Source of the DNA: Dehalococcoidia bacterium
GTDB lineage: Bacteria; Chloroflexota; Dehalococcoidia; Plut-88900
Length of the DNA: 64,000 nt
Direction of reading: 5' to 3'
Assembly: GCA_965116945.1 (NCBI GenBank)
Contig: OZ220734.1
Span: forward strand, 2,589,740 to 2,653,739
In this document: positions 9,415 to 20,168 of the stretch, piece by piece
Layout of the letters: each line of letters starts with the position of its first letter
Position numbering within the stretch: the stretch's first letter is position 1
Position numbers and translations under genes: made by a program
Notes under the pieces: model-generated
Databases searched by the model: none
What the model saw: only the letters and a program-made list of their open reading frames with translations
Told to the model about the DNA's origin: nothing

Positions 9415-12400
9415 ATGCATCGTACAGAGAGAGTTATTTCAAACCAGCAGCAGCCTATTGCTATCGTCGGAATGGCATGTCGGTTTCCTCGCAGCAGGAC
9501 CATTGCAGAGTTTTGGAGACTTCTTGAGGCCGGCCAAAACGCGGTTGTTCACGGACCACCAGGTTCGGTCATCGGACGAGTCGGGCACAATATTCCGGAC
9601 CCTAACCCAGGCAACGTAGCCGTCCAATTCGGTGCCTTTGTCGAAGACATAGATCTGTTTGATGCGGAGTTTTTCCGCATGTCCCCCCTGGAGGCCCAAT
9701 TGCTGGACCCCCAACACCGCATGATGCTGGAGACCAGCTGGCAGGCTCTGGAAGACGCTGCCATCGACCCTGAAGGCCTCAAAGGAAGCCGCACTGGTGT
9801 CTATGCGGGAATCAGCAACTACGACTACAGGGATATCGCAATTGAGTCCCCGGAGACCTCGGGTGTAGCAGCCGGCCTCTACGCAGTTACAGGCAATACT
9901 TTCAATACCGCCATTGGTAGGGTCTCTTTTGCTCTTGGCCTTGAAGGGCCTTCTATGGCCATCGACACCGCCTGTTCGTCCTCACTCGTGGCCGTTCACC
10001 AGGCCGCAAGTGCACTTCAACAGCGAGAGGTAGATCTGGCCATAGCGGGTGGTGTGCAGATATTCCTTTCCGGGCGGTCTCTGGAACTTCGCGCCAATGC
10101 CGGAATGCTCTCCCCCGAAGGGCAGTGCAAGACTTTCGACGCGTCAGCCGACGGCTTTGTTTGTGGCGAAGGTTGTGGCCTCGTGGTCCTCAAGCGATTG
10201 GAGGATGCAGAGGCCGATGGGGACCGAATCTGGGCCGTTGTACGTGGCACAGCAGTCAATCAGGATGGAGCCAGCCAGGGCTTGACCGTTCCCAGCGGGC
10301 AATCCCAGGAACACGCAATTGAGGAGGCCCTGGCCCGTGCGGGACTCTCTCCCTCCGACACGGACTACCTCGAAGCACACGGGACGGGAACTGTAGTCGG
10401 CGATCCCATTGAAGTAAATGCAGCCGCGTCGGTCTACGGCAGAGGTCGGGCAAGCCGCAACCCACTCTTGATGGGCTCGGTAAAAACCAACATCGGACAC
10501 TTGGGGGCGGCAGCTGGTGTCGCGGGGCTGATTAAGTCCGTTCTGGCCATGAGGCACGGCATGATCCCCCAACACCTCAACTTCAATAACCCCAATCCTC
10601 GAATCAATTGGGACAAGCTGCCGGTACGCGTTACCGACACAAATACCCCTTGGCCACCCCACCCCGAGAGACGCCCCATTGCCGGCGTTAATTCATTTGG
10701 ATGGTCCGGAACCAACGCCCATGTGGTTGTGGAAGGCTACGGAGATCCAGTAAGCAGCCCCGGCCCCGGGATCATTTCTCCGCCCATGGGTTCAAACGCA
10801 GCAGTCGGCATATCCCTGCCCATATCTGCCTCACTTCCCGCCAAGGATTCCCTGGATTCCAACGACCGTGAGACCCGACTCCTGCCCCTCTCCGCCAAGA
10901 CTCCGGACGCCCTCCGTGACTTGGCTTCCCATTACCTATCTTGGCTAGACTCCAATCTGGGTAACCCTTATTCCGAACAGTCAGAAGCATTGCCTTCGCT
11001 TGCTGATTTGACCTGGACGGCATCTAGCGGGCGGAGTCATTTCCTCCACCGCTCTGCAATTGTCTTCTCTGATGTCGCCCGCCTTCGCAATAGACTCGAA
11101 GAAATTTCCGACGGGATCTTCGAAGGTGAGGCCCCACCCCCCAGTGAAGCGAGGAAAGTTGCCTTTGTCTTTACGGGCCAGGGAAGCCAGTGGATCGGCA
11201 TGGGAAAAGCCCTCTATGAGAGAGAACCCGTGTTCCGGGCAGTCCTCGATCAATGTGACCATCTCCTCACTGAAGAGCGTGGCATCTCTCTACTGGAGGT
11301 CATGTTCGGGCACAATGGCACCGACAACCTGCTGAATGAACCTTCTTGGACCCAACCCGCCATTTACACCCTGGAATGTGGCCTCACTGCTCTGTGGGCA
11401 AGCGTAGGTATAAAGCCGGATGTCGTAGTCGGCCATAGTCTGGGTGAGATCGCCGCTTCCCAGGCCGCCGGAGTATTTACATTGGAGCAGGGCCTAAAGT
11501 TTGCTTCCGCCCGCGGTACGCTGCTCGGGTCCACACGAAGCGACGGAGCAATGGCCGCAGTCTTCGCCCCCGCCGCCCGAGTCTCCGAAGTCGTTGCTGA
11601 ACACAATGCTACCTCTGGTGACGTAGGTCTGAGTGTAGCCGTGGATAACGGCCTGCAGCAGGTCGTCAGCGGACCATCGGAGGACCTCGAGACAGTCCTG
11701 CAAATATTCGAGGCTGAAGACGTCAAAGTCCGACGCCTGAAGCGGAGCCCTGCCTATCACAGTGCATTGATGGAGCCTGCGCTCGATGATCTTGCAAAGG
11801 CTGTTAGGGACATTGCCGGCACTCCTCCGGCCCCAGCAGTGCCTTTAATCAGCGATCTGAACGGCAGACCTATTGAAGAAAGTGTTCCGATGGACGCCTC
11901 CTATTGGCGTCGCCATGCCCGAGAACCGGTCGCTTTCCGCAGTTGCGTCGAAACCCTCGCAGAAATGCAAGTCGATACGGTTGTGGAGATCGGCCCTCAC
12001 GCCATCTTGGGCCCAGTAGTGTCCATGACATGGCCGGTTTCAGCCCTGGGCGGCGCTCCGGTCGTCCTGCAAAGCCTGCTGCGGCCACCCCGAGACCTGA
12101 ATGAGCCGGTCTTCGATACCAGCGGAGGGTTCGTAGACGCCGCCGCCAAAGCATACGAATCGGGTCTGGACCTGGAGTTTGCGGGCCTCTTCGCAGGGGA
12201 GTCCCGACGCAAGCTCTCTATACCAACCTATCCCTTCCAACGTAAGCATCACTGGGTCTCTACGACAAAGCGCCGGCAACTGACTTCTGACCATCCTCTA
12301 CTCGGTACCCGGCATGAGTCACCACGCGGGGAGGTCATGTACGAGACCGAGATGTTCCCCTCGGACCCCGCCTGGATGGTCGACCACCTCGTCTATGATC

Positions 12401-15400
12401 GAATTGTCGCTCCCGGCGGAATGTATGGAGCAATGGCAGTCTCTGCATTTCTTGCTAACGGAAATGGCCCCGCAGTTGTTGATGAGATGCAGACCTATAG
12501 CGCCCTTATTTTCGAGGATACTGACCCCGATGATCTATCAAGGGACATAGGCCGTAAGCTGCAGTTCGTGCTGGACAGCTCGGAAGATGCGCTGGGCCAC
12601 CGCTTCGAGATATTCAGCAAAGGCGGAAACGATGATGCCTGGACCCTCCACGCTGAGGGCTTGCTTTCGAAGGATCAATCCAGCATTGAAATGACTAGGC
12701 CCGTCGATTTGGACGCAATTAAATCGGGACTTGAGCCCCGAAGCCCTGCAGATTTCTATCAAATGCGCTCCGCCGACGCAATCTATCTCGGCCCGTCATA
12801 TCACACCCTGAAAGCCGTCTGGGCCAGGGAAGGAGAGTCCCTGGGGGAGCTTGCGCTCCAGGACTTCGTGGATGGCGACGGCATCGAGATGCACCCCCTT
12901 CTCTTGGATGGTTGCTTCCAGGTACTCTCCCTCGCCCGACACCTCTCCGGTATCGAGCAGGACGCCGTATACATGCCCTTTGGATGGGAACGGCTTTGGG
13001 TCTCAGGGCCCATGCCCGAGCGAATTATCTGCCACGCAACCCTTCGGCAACCCGCATCCGCCAACGGTACCGAAAGAGTATCTACCGCCCCGCCTGAGGT
13101 CATTACTGGAGACATCAATTTCTACTCCACCGACGGCCAACCAATCGGAGGGTTGAAGGGCTTCACGGTCAAGCGCGCAACCAGAACGGCCCTGCTGCCC
13201 CCCAAGGGTGACTTGAAGGACATCCTGTATGAGGTTGTCTGGCGGGAGAAGCCACTTGCCAAAGAAATGCCGCACGCTGGCTTCCTCACCAGCCCCAGCA
13301 CCATCGCAACCCAGTGTCCCCCTCTCTCCAGCTATCTGGCAGATCAAGGCGTAGATTCCGATGACAGATCAGATTTCCTGGGAGATATAGAGCAGCTTTC
13401 ACGTGCCTACGCCCTATCGGCTCTGGAGAATTTGGGGTGGCAGCGCAAGGCCGGCGCTACTTTGACCCTCCCGGACATTCAAGCCCGATTAGGCATTGTC
13501 GACAATCACGGCCGCCTCTTGGGACGCCTCCTCAACATGCTCTGCGAGACAGGAGTCCTGGCCCCCGCGGGAGAAGGGTTCATCGTCAAAATAGGTGCGG
13601 AAGACCCCCTCCCCAGCCCCTCGCATTCCAACCCGGAGTCCCTCGCCGATCAACTCTCCATCAGGCACCCTCATGGAATCAACGAACTCGGCCTGCTCCG
13701 ACGCTGTGGGTCCTATCTCGCAGCGATTCTCCAAGGTCGAGAGGATCCGCTCGCCCTCCTCTTTAGCGATGAAGGACCTAGCGCCTCAGACCTCTACCTG
13801 AAAGCGCCCGCCTCCCGTGCCGCAAACGAAATGCTTGGAGATGTAGTTGCAGCCTCCATTTCCTCACTACCCGACAACAGACCACTCAGAATCATTGAAG
13901 TCGGAGCAGGAACTGGTTCGGCAACCTCAGCGGTTCTCGCTCACTTGCCGTCCGGCAGGTTCGAATACACCTTTACCGACATTTCCGCCGGCTTTTTCGC
14001 CCAAGCCGAGGCCCGCCTCGCCGAGTTCGGCGCCGCCATCGAATACAAGGCTCTCAATATAGAGAATGACCCCGCTGACCAGGGATTCGTTTCCCACGGA
14101 TTCGACCTCGTATTAGCGGCCAATGTGCTGCACGCCACCCGGGACCTGGGCGAAACGCTCGCCCACTGTAGAGACCTGTTGGCGCCATCTGGCCAACTTA
14201 TCGCCCTTGAAGGGCTGCAGCGCCGTGCCTATCAGGACCTGACCTTTGGACTCCTCGACGGCTGGTGGCGTTTCTCCGATAACTACCGGGATGAACACGC
14301 TTTGGCCACACCGGATGCATGGACTCGCGCCCTCACCGATACTAGCTTCTCAGATGTGGAATACATCGGGCCCGAATCCCTTGAATCTACTACTACTCTT
14401 GGCTCCAGCATTATTGTCGCCCGTGGCCCCGATGAGATTACCTTTTCTCCGGGAATCTGGGTCCTTGCCGCCAACCGCAGCATTGCTGCAAATGGCTTGG
14501 CAGAGAGCCTCTCTGCTCGTGGCCAAACTGTAATACTTGCTGCCGCCGAACACCCCTCCCCAGCCTCTTCTTCCGCAAACTCCTATGTCACCACGGCCAA
14601 AATTAACACAACGCTTCGGGGCGAATGGAAAACCCTCTTTGGAACACTGCCGAAAGATTTGCCACTAAAGGGTGTTGTCCACATGGCTGCGCTGGATGGT
14701 CATGGCGCAACCGCTAGCACAGAGGAAATGGCCGAGGATGTAACTGCGGCCACCGCCAGCGCCCTGGCCCTGGTCCAGGGCATCATAGATGCCTCTGTTA
14801 CACCCAGCGATGGAGTCTGGTTCGTCACTAGAGGCGCTCAGATTCTGGGTCAGGATTTCATCGACCGGACAACCGGAGACCTCTCGGGTGCCACACTTTG
14901 GGGCTTCGGCAAAGTCATGTCCGGCGAAATGGCCCACCTCCATCCGAAAATGATCGACCTTGACCCCGCCTCCGATGAGGCGGCTTCCGCACACATCATT
15001 GATGATCTCCTTGCCCCAGATCCCGAGACCCATGTCGCCTACCGTGGAGGTCTGCGTCATGCCGCCCGACTAGTCCGCGGGGTGGCGGACAGGCGGCTTA
15101 CCATCCCGGACGGACCGGAGTGGGGCATCGGTCCCGAAGACCCAAACGCCGGCCTAACCACCCTCCGAACTAAACCTAGGCCTAAACATGCCCTGAAGCC
15201 CGGCGAGGTCCGCATTGCCGTGGAGTCGATGGGGCTTAACTTCGCAGACATCCTCCTCTCTCTGGGTGTCGTCGAATACGACATGGAAGTAGGTAGAGAA
15301 GCCTTCGGCCGCATTATCGAAACGGCTGAAGACGTAGAAGACTTTTCGGTTGGAGACCCAGTAGTCGCGGTAGGATTCGGCACTTTCTCCCCCGAGATGG

Positions 15401-18400
15401 TAACCAATTCAGTCTTGGCGGTTCCTGCTCCCGAGGGTTTCTCTGCGGATGCACTTGCCGGAGTGGCAACCTGCTTCACCACTGCAGAACTTGCCTTTCG
15501 GCTTGCAGCCCTCAAAGCCGGTGAAAGAGTGCTCGTCCACGCGGGGTCTGGGGGGGTGGGTCTTGCTGCTATACAGTTGGCGCGAGCCCTGGGCGCTGAA
15601 GTTTTCGTAACTGCTAGTTCACCCAAGCAGCCGTATCTGCGTTCTATCGGTGTGAAACACATCTTCGACAGCCGCCAGACCCTCTTCGGCAGGCAGATCT
15701 TGGAGGCAACGGAAGGAGAAGGTGTCCACCTAGTCCTGAACAGTCTTACAGGAGATGGCTTCATAGAGGCCAGCCTCTCCTGCCTCGCCAGGGATGGCCG
15801 CTTCGTAGAAATTGCAAAGCGAAACATCTACAGCGTGGAGGAAATGTCGCAAGCCCGACCCGACGTTTACTACCAGATACTGGATATAGATGCACTAAAG
15901 AGAGCCAACCCCGAGACCCCCGCAGCCTCCCTCTCTCGAGTCTTGACGCAGTTCTCCGTTGGGAAATTGGCGCCCCTGCCTCAAACCGTTTGGCCCCTGT
16001 CCGAGATACGAAAAGCCGTCGACATGATGCAGGACGCCCGCCACATCGGCAAGAACGTATTCCGGATGCCGCCCCTCGCCCGAGGCTCCTTGCGAAGAGA
16101 TCGCACCTACCTCGTAACCGGTGGTATGGGCGGCATCGGATGTGAGGTAGCTCGCTGGCTGGCCGATAACGGTGCAACCACCATCGTTCTCAACGGCCGC
16201 CGGGACCCCGATCCCTCGGCCCTGGACATTATCTCGGATCTCCGTAGCACCGGTATAGACGTTCGCCAAGAGGTCGCTGACGTAACTGACTTCCGAGCTG
16301 TCGACGACATGCTTTCCCGCATAGACGAGTCTTTACCGCCCCTCGGGGGCATCATCCACAGTGTTGGAGTACTCTCGGACGGCGTCATCGAAAACCAGAC
16401 CTGGGAACGGTTCGAGCAGGTCATGTGGCCCAAGGTGCTAGGCGCATGGCAACTGCACAAGGCAACCTTGGACAAGGACCTTGACATCTTCGTCATGTTC
16501 TCCAGCGTGACAGGTGTAGTCGGAAACGCCGGACAGTCTAATCACGCAGCTGCCAATGCATTCCTGGATCAACTTGCCGCCCATCGCAGGGTATTGGGAT
16601 TTCCGGCCCAGTCAATAGCATGGGGTGCATGGTCGGGAATTGGGGAGGCAGAAGAGCAACGCGAAAGGATAGAGAGACAGCTGGCTTCCACTGGTGCCGG
16701 TTGGATTACACCCTCGCAGGGTTTAAAGGCCCTCGACTGGCTCATAAGACAGGACGTTACCACGTCTACCGTAACCGCCGTAGACTGGTCAGTCTTGACA
16801 GAAGAAGATGAAAATCCTTCCCCATTCTTTGAAGATCTCTTGGTAAAGAAGAGCTCGCAAGAACGCAAATCTGGTGAGACGGCTCCCTCGTCCGGACTAA
16901 TGTCCACGCTGCTTGATTCCCCTGATCTTCAACGGCAAGACCTGCTTTCCGATTTCATCCGGGATGAATTGAAGGGCGTAATGAGGCTGTCCTCGGCCCC
17001 CTCCGCATCCGTCAGCTTCTTCGACCTCGGAATGGACTCCCTGATGGCTGTGGAACTGCGAAACCGCATTAACCGGGCCCTCGCAGGAGGATACACGGCG
17101 TCCAACACAGTAGTCTTCGACTTTCCGAGTGCCAATGCCCTTGCCGTTCACCTATCAGGGGAGATTGGGGCATTGTCCCACCCAGCCCCGACCCCGGATA
17201 AGCCCACCCCAACACCCCGCCCCAAAGTTCGCCGGGATGAAGAGCCCATAGCCATCGTCGGCATGGCATGTCGGTTCCCGGGCGCACCCGACCTTGACTC
17301 TTTCTGGCGTCTATTGGAAGGCGGCGGAGATGCAGTTACAGAGGGTCGACAGGATTCCGGTTCATGGGATGGGGTATTCGGAAACCCCAAGGCCGCTGAC
17401 TCCATGTTCCGCCGGGGCGCCTTTATTGATGATATCGACCTCTTCGACTCGAGATTCTTCCAGATCTCTCCGATTGAAGCCCGTACTATGGATCCCCAAC
17501 AGAGAATGCTCCTGGAAACCGGTTGGAACGCTCTTGAAGATGCAGGGATCGACCCGGAGTTTCTGAAAGGCAGCCGTGCCGGCGTGTTTGCGGGTGTAGG
17601 CAACAGCGAATATCGTGACCTGCTCACATCTCGAGGCCAGGACTACAGCTATGCCGGCACCAACGATGCCATTGCCGTCGGCAGACTTTCTTTCACCTTC
17701 GGTTTCGAAGGTCCCGCGTTTCCTGTGAATCTAGCCTGCGCATCATCTTTGGCCGCCGTTCACCAGGCGGTAGTAAGTCTTCAACGGGGCGAAGTCGATT
17801 TGGCCCTGACAGGCGGCGTAAATGCCGTCCTTTCCACAAAGGTAACAGGTCACCTCTTCGACCTGGGCATTCTTTCTAAAGATGGGCAGTGCCGGGCATT
17901 CGATGCTGCAGCTGACGGCTTTGTAAGGGGCGAGGGTTGCGGAATGGTAGTCCTCAAGCGACTCAGTGATGCCGAGGCGGACGGCGACCGCATTTGGGGG
18001 ATGTTGCTTGGTTCAGCCGTGAACCAGAACGGGACAAGCGCCGGCCTGATGGCCCCAAACGGACCCGCCCAGAAGCGTGTGATGGAAGACTCCTTGGCTA
18101 GGGCCGGTATCGACGCCCGGGACGTAGATTATCTGGAGGCCCAGGGCGTTGGAAGCGAGTTCGGCGATCCCATAGAGTTGAATGCAATCGCCGACATTTA
18201 TGGAGAGCGCCGAGCTCTGGCCTATCCCTTGTTTGTAGGATCAGTGAAGACGAATATCGGACACCTGGAGTGGGCGTCAGGGATTGCTAGCTTGATCAAA
18301 GTAGTCCTGGCTATGCATAAGCGCCTTATTCCCGAGAACCTTCATTTCAACACTCCGAGTCCCCATTTCGACTGGGAGAATAAAGCCCTTCGCGTCACCT

Positions 18401-19773
18401 CCGAGACCACACCCTGGCCCCTAACCCCGGACAGGCAACCCTTGGCAGCCGTGAACTCTTACGGCCTGTCCGGCGCTAATGCCCATGTTGTTGTATCGGG
18501 ATATCCGCAAGAAGGATTCCACGACAGGGCAGGATGGCCCGTCGGGCCAGCCCTTCTGACAGGAACCAACGACCAGGGTCCCCCACAAATCACCTCGCAG
18601 GACACGCTTGGCGCTCGTAAGACCCGGTTGCTCCCTCTTTCAGGCAAAACCCCGAAAGCACTTCGAGACCTGTCTTCCAGATATTTGGCGTGGCTGAACG
18701 ACCTTGGCCTACAGGCATCATCAAGCACAACAGTTGATCATTTCGGCGACATGGCCTGGACAGCAGGCATCGGACGTAGCCATTTCCCACACAGGGCCGG
18801 CTTGGTCTTCACCAACCTTTCGTCGCTCCGGGAACAATTGGAATACCTGTCAAACGGGTCAATCAACCCTGATGATCAAGCGCCCGCCGAGCATAAGACC
18901 GTAGCTTTCATTTACTCCGGAAGTGCCGGCGACCTGATAGATATTGGCATTCATCTTTACGAAACTGAACCTGTGGTCAAGACCATACTAGACCACTGTG
19001 ACGAGGCCCTCCGGGCGCAAATAGGATTGTCCTTACTGGGCGTGTTGCGCGGGGACGAAGACACTGCAACCGACCCCGCCGCAAGGAGCGCAGCCGCTTA
19101 CGCCCTTGAATGTTCACTCACAGCGCTTTGGAAGACCGTGGGTGTGGTCCCGAACGTCGTCCTCGGAAGTGGACTGGGAATGGTCTCAGCCGCGCAAGCC
19201 GCCGGGGCCATTGCCCTGGAGGATGGGTTAACGTTTGCCATACATGCCGCTGGCACAACCCGGAATGGAGACACCAGTCCGCTTGAAGGGTTGGCACTGA
19301 CCCCCCCGACCTTGACAATCATAAGCGGCTCCGATGGACGAGTCTTGCCAGCGGGCAAAGATTTCGAGGTTTCGGTTCTGGACTTTGGTTCGCAAAGCAG
19401 AATTATAAAATCTACCTCTGCCGCATCCCTCGCCGACCTAAATGTTGATACGATAGTTGAGATTGGCTCTGGTTCAGCGTTAGCGAAAAGTATTCATGGG
19501 TCTTGGCCAGGACCGGTTGATAGCCAGAACAATTCTCGGCCTCCTACAGTTCTGTCAGGCTTAAATGCGCCTTCCGGAGACTCTGTTTCGTATGATGGCG
19601 ACGCCCGTTTTATGAAGGCCGTAGCAAAGGCCTATGAAGCCGGTCTGGATATCACATTTCCTGCCCTGTTCACCGGAGAATCCCGCCGTCGTGTTGCTCT
19701 GCCCGCGTACCCATTCCAGAGGCGCCGCCACTGGGTGGACCTGCCACAAGACGTATCCCAGCCAAATGGCTAA
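9415..19773 (+). CDS. supA: Type I PKS of the sup (sponge-symbiont ubiquitous PKS) architecture: KS-AT-DH-cMT-ER-KR-ACP-KS0-AT0
   Basis: KS1 DTACSSS/EAHGTGT/NIGH; AT1 GHSLG; DH HPLLG, HLVYDRIVAP, LLDGCFQ; cMT IEVGAGTG; ER LVHAGSGGVG; KR LVTGGMGGIG; ACP LGMDSL; KS2 NLACASS/EAQGVGS; AT2 LGSGLG. A free ACP, PPTase and hydrolase follow, as in sup operons. Confidence 0.9.
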   Translation: MHRTERVISNQQQPIAIVGMACRFPRSRTIAEFWRLLEAGQNAVVHGPPGSVIGRVGHNIPDPNPGNVAVQFGAFVEDIDLFDAEFFRMSPLEAQLLDPQHRMMLETSWQALEDAAIDPEGLKGSRTGVYAGISNYDYRDIAIESPETSGVAAGLYAVTGNTFNTAIGRVSFALGLEGPSMAIDTACSSSLVAVHQAASALQQREVDLAIAGGVQIFLSGRSLELRANAGMLSPEGQCKTFDASADGFVCGEGCGLVVLKRLEDAEADGDRIWAVVRGTAVNQDGASQGLTVPSGQSQEHAIEEALARAGLSPSDTDYLEAHGTGTVVGDPIEVNAAASVYGRGRASRNPLLMGSVKTNIGHLGAAAGVAGLIKSVLAMRHGMIPQHLNFNNPNPRINWDKLPVRVTDTNTPWPPHPERRPIAGVNSFGWSGTNAHVVVEGYGDPVSSPGPGIISPPMGSNAAVGISLPISASLPAKDSLDSNDRETRLLPLSAKTPDALRDLASHYLSWLDSNLGNPYSEQSEALPSLADLTWTASSGRSHFLHRSAIVFSDVARLRNRLEEISDGIFEGEAPPPSEARKVAFVFTGQGSQWIGMGKALYEREPVFRAVLDQCDHLLTEERGISLLEVMFGHNGTDNLLNEPSWTQPAIYTLECGLTALWASVGIKPDVVVGHSLGEIAASQAAGVFTLEQGLKFASARGTLLGSTRSDGAMAAVFAPAARVSEVVAEHNATSGDVGLSVAVDNGLQQVVSGPSEDLETVLQIFEAEDVKVRRLKRSPAYHSALMEPALDDLAKAVRDIAGTPPAPAVPLISDLNGRPIEESVPMDASYWRRHAREPVAFRSCVETLAEMQVDTVVEIGPHAILGPVVSMTWPVSALGGAPVVLQSLLRPPRDLNEPVFDTSGGFVDAAAKAYESGLDLEFAGLFAGESRRKLSIPTYPFQRKHHWVSTTKRRQLTSDHPLLGTRHESPRGEVMYETEMFPSDPAWMVDHLVYDRIVAPGGMYGAMAVSAFLANGNGPAVVDEMQTYSALIFEDTDPDDLSRDIGRKLQFVLDSSEDALGHRFEIFSKGGNDDAWTLHAEGLLSKDQSSIEMTRPVDLDAIKSGLEPRSPADFYQMRSADAIYLGPSYHTLKAVWAREGESLGELALQDFVDGDGIEMHPLLLDGCFQVLSLARHLSGIEQDAVYMPFGWERLWVSGPMPERIICHATLRQPASANGTERVSTAPPEVITGDINFYSTDGQPIGGLKGFTVKRATRTALLPPKGDLKDILYEVVWREKPLAKEMPHAGFLTSPSTIATQCPPLSSYLADQGVDSDDRSDFLGDIEQLSRAYALSALENLGWQRKAGATLTLPDIQARLGIVDNHGRLLGRLLNMLCETGVLAPAGEGFIVKIGAEDPLPSPSHSNPESLADQLSIRHPHGINELGLLRRCGSYLAAILQGREDPLALLFSDEGPSASDLYLKAPASRAANEMLGDVVAASISSLPDNRPLRIIEVGAGTGSATSAVLAHLPSGRFEYTFTDISAGFFAQAEARLAEFGAAIEYKALNIENDPADQGFVSHGFDLVLAANVLHATRDLGETLAHCRDLLAPSGQLIALEGLQRRAYQDLTFGLLDGWWRFSDNYRDEHALATPDAWTRALTDTSFSDVEYIGPESLESTTTLGSSIIVARGPDEITFSPGIWVLAANRSIAANGLAESLSARGQTVILAAAEHPSPASSSANSYVTTAKINTTLRGEWKTLFGTLPKDLPLKGVVHMAALDGHGATASTEEMAEDVTAATASALALVQGIIDASVTPSDGVWFVTRGAQILGQDFIDRTTGDLSGATLWGFGKVMSGEMAHLHPKMIDLDPASDEAASAHIIDDLLAPDPETHVAYRGGLRHAARLVRGVADRRLTIPDGPEWGIGPEDPNAGLTTLRTKPRPKHALKPGEVRIAVESMGLNFADILLSLGVVEYDMEVGREAFGRIIETAEDVEDFSVGDPVVAVGFGTFSPEMVTNSVLAVPAPEGFSADALAGVATCFTTAELAFRLAALKAGERVLVHAGSGGVGLAAIQLARALGAEVFVTASSPKQPYLRSIGVKHIFDSRQTLFGRQILEATEGEGVHLVLNSLTGDGFIEASLSCLARDGRFVEIAKRNIYSVEEMSQARPDVYYQILDIDALKRANPETPAASLSRVLTQFSVGKLAPLPQTVWPLSEIRKAVDMMQDARHIGKNVFRMPPLARGSLRRDRTYLVTGGMGGIGCEVARWLADNGATTIVLNGRRDPDPSALDIISDLRSTGIDVRQEVADVTDFRAVDDMLSRIDESLPPLGGIIHSVGVLSDGVIENQTWERFEQVMWPKVLGAWQLHKATLDKDLDIFVMFSSVTGVVGNAGQSNHAAANAFLDQLAAHRRVLGFPAQSIAWGAWSGIGEAEEQRERIERQLASTGAGWITPSQGLKALDWLIRQDVTTSTVTAVDWSVLTEEDENPSPFFEDLLVKKSSQERKSGETAPSSGLMSTLLDSPDLQRQDLLSDFIRDELKGVMRLSSAPSASVSFFDLGMDSLMAVELRNRINRALAGGYTASNTVVFDFPSANALAVHLSGEIGALSHPAPTPDKPTPTPRPKVRRDEEPIAIVGMACRFPGAPDLDSFWRLLEGGGDAVTEGRQDSGSWDGVFGNPKAADSMFRRGAFIDDIDLFDSRFFQISPIEARTMDPQQRMLLETGWNALEDAGIDPEFLKGSRAGVFAGVGNSEYRDLLTSRGQDYSYAGTNDAIAVGRLSFTFGFEGPAFPVNLACASSLAAVHQAVVSLQRGEVDLALTGGVNAVLSTKVTGHLFDLGILSKDGQCRAFDAAADGFVRGEGCGMVVLKRLSDAEADGDRIWGMLLGSAVNQNGTSAGLMAPNGPAQKRVMEDSLARAGIDARDVDYLEAQGVGSEFGDPIELNAIADIYGERRALAYPLFVGSVKTNIGHLEWASGIASLIKVVLAMHKRLIPENLHFNTPSPHFDWENKALRVTSETTPWPLTPDRQPLAAVNSYGLSGANAHVVVSGYPQEGFHDRAGWPVGPALLTGTNDQGPPQITSQDTLGARKTRLLPLSGKTPKALRDLSSRYLAWLNDLGLQASSSTTVDHFGDMAWTAGIGRSHFPHRAGLVFTNLSSLREQLEYLSNGSINPDDQAPAEHKTVAFIYSGSAGDLIDIGIHLYETEPVVKTILDHCDEALRAQIGLSLLGVLRGDEDTATDPAARSAAAYALECSLTALWKTVGVVPNVVLGSGLGMVSAAQAAGAIALEDGLTFAIHAAGTTRNGDTSPLEGLALTPPTLTIISGSDGRVLPAGKDFEVSVLDFGSQSRIIKSTSAASLADLNVDTIVEIGSGSALAKSIHGSWPGPVDSQNNSRPPTVLSGLNAPSGDSVSYDGDARFMKAVAKAYEAGLDITFPALFTGESRRRVALPAYPFQRRRHWVDLPQDVSQPNG

Positions 19774-19877
19774 ATCAGAATCCTGATCGCTATGGCCCAT
19801 TCACGGTTGACCTTGTGGCATCATAAGGATAATCTTATTGTCGGCCCAAACGATGTCCATAAGACAGGAGTGTGAGA

Positions 19878-20123
19878 ATGGCCTCAACAGCAGAACGACT
19901 ACGAAGTCTCGTCAGCGACAATATTGAAGTGGATGGCAAAGCTCTGGATATACCCGGCGATTTGGACATCAGTCTGTCAGAGGCAGGTGTATCGTCCACG
20001 GACATAGTCGCTTTGGCTAAGTTGATAGCCCAGGAGTTTAACGTCAGCGTCGCTCCTGAGGAGTGCTCCAACCTAGACAACCTTAAGAGTGTCGTAGCCT
20101 TCCTGGACAACAAAGCTGCTTAG
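19878..20123 (+). CDS. Stand-alone acyl carrier protein of the sup cluster
   Basis: Small (about 81 aa) acidic protein with 'SLSEAGVSSTDIV' phosphopantetheine-site helix; AGGAG RBS. Confidence 0.85.
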   Translation: MASTAERLRSLVSDNIEVDGKALDIPGDLDISLSEAGVSSTDIVALAKLIAQEFNVSVAPEECSNLDNLKSVVAFLDNKAA

Positions 20124-20146
20124 CTCCAAAACATCAAGCGGGAATA

Positions 20147-20168
20147 CCCCGTCAGGCCGTTGACGGGG
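20147..20168 (+). terminator. Intra-operon hairpin after the ACP gene
   Basis: CCCCGTCA-ggccgt-TGACGGGG, with no U-tract. Confidence 0.5.
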
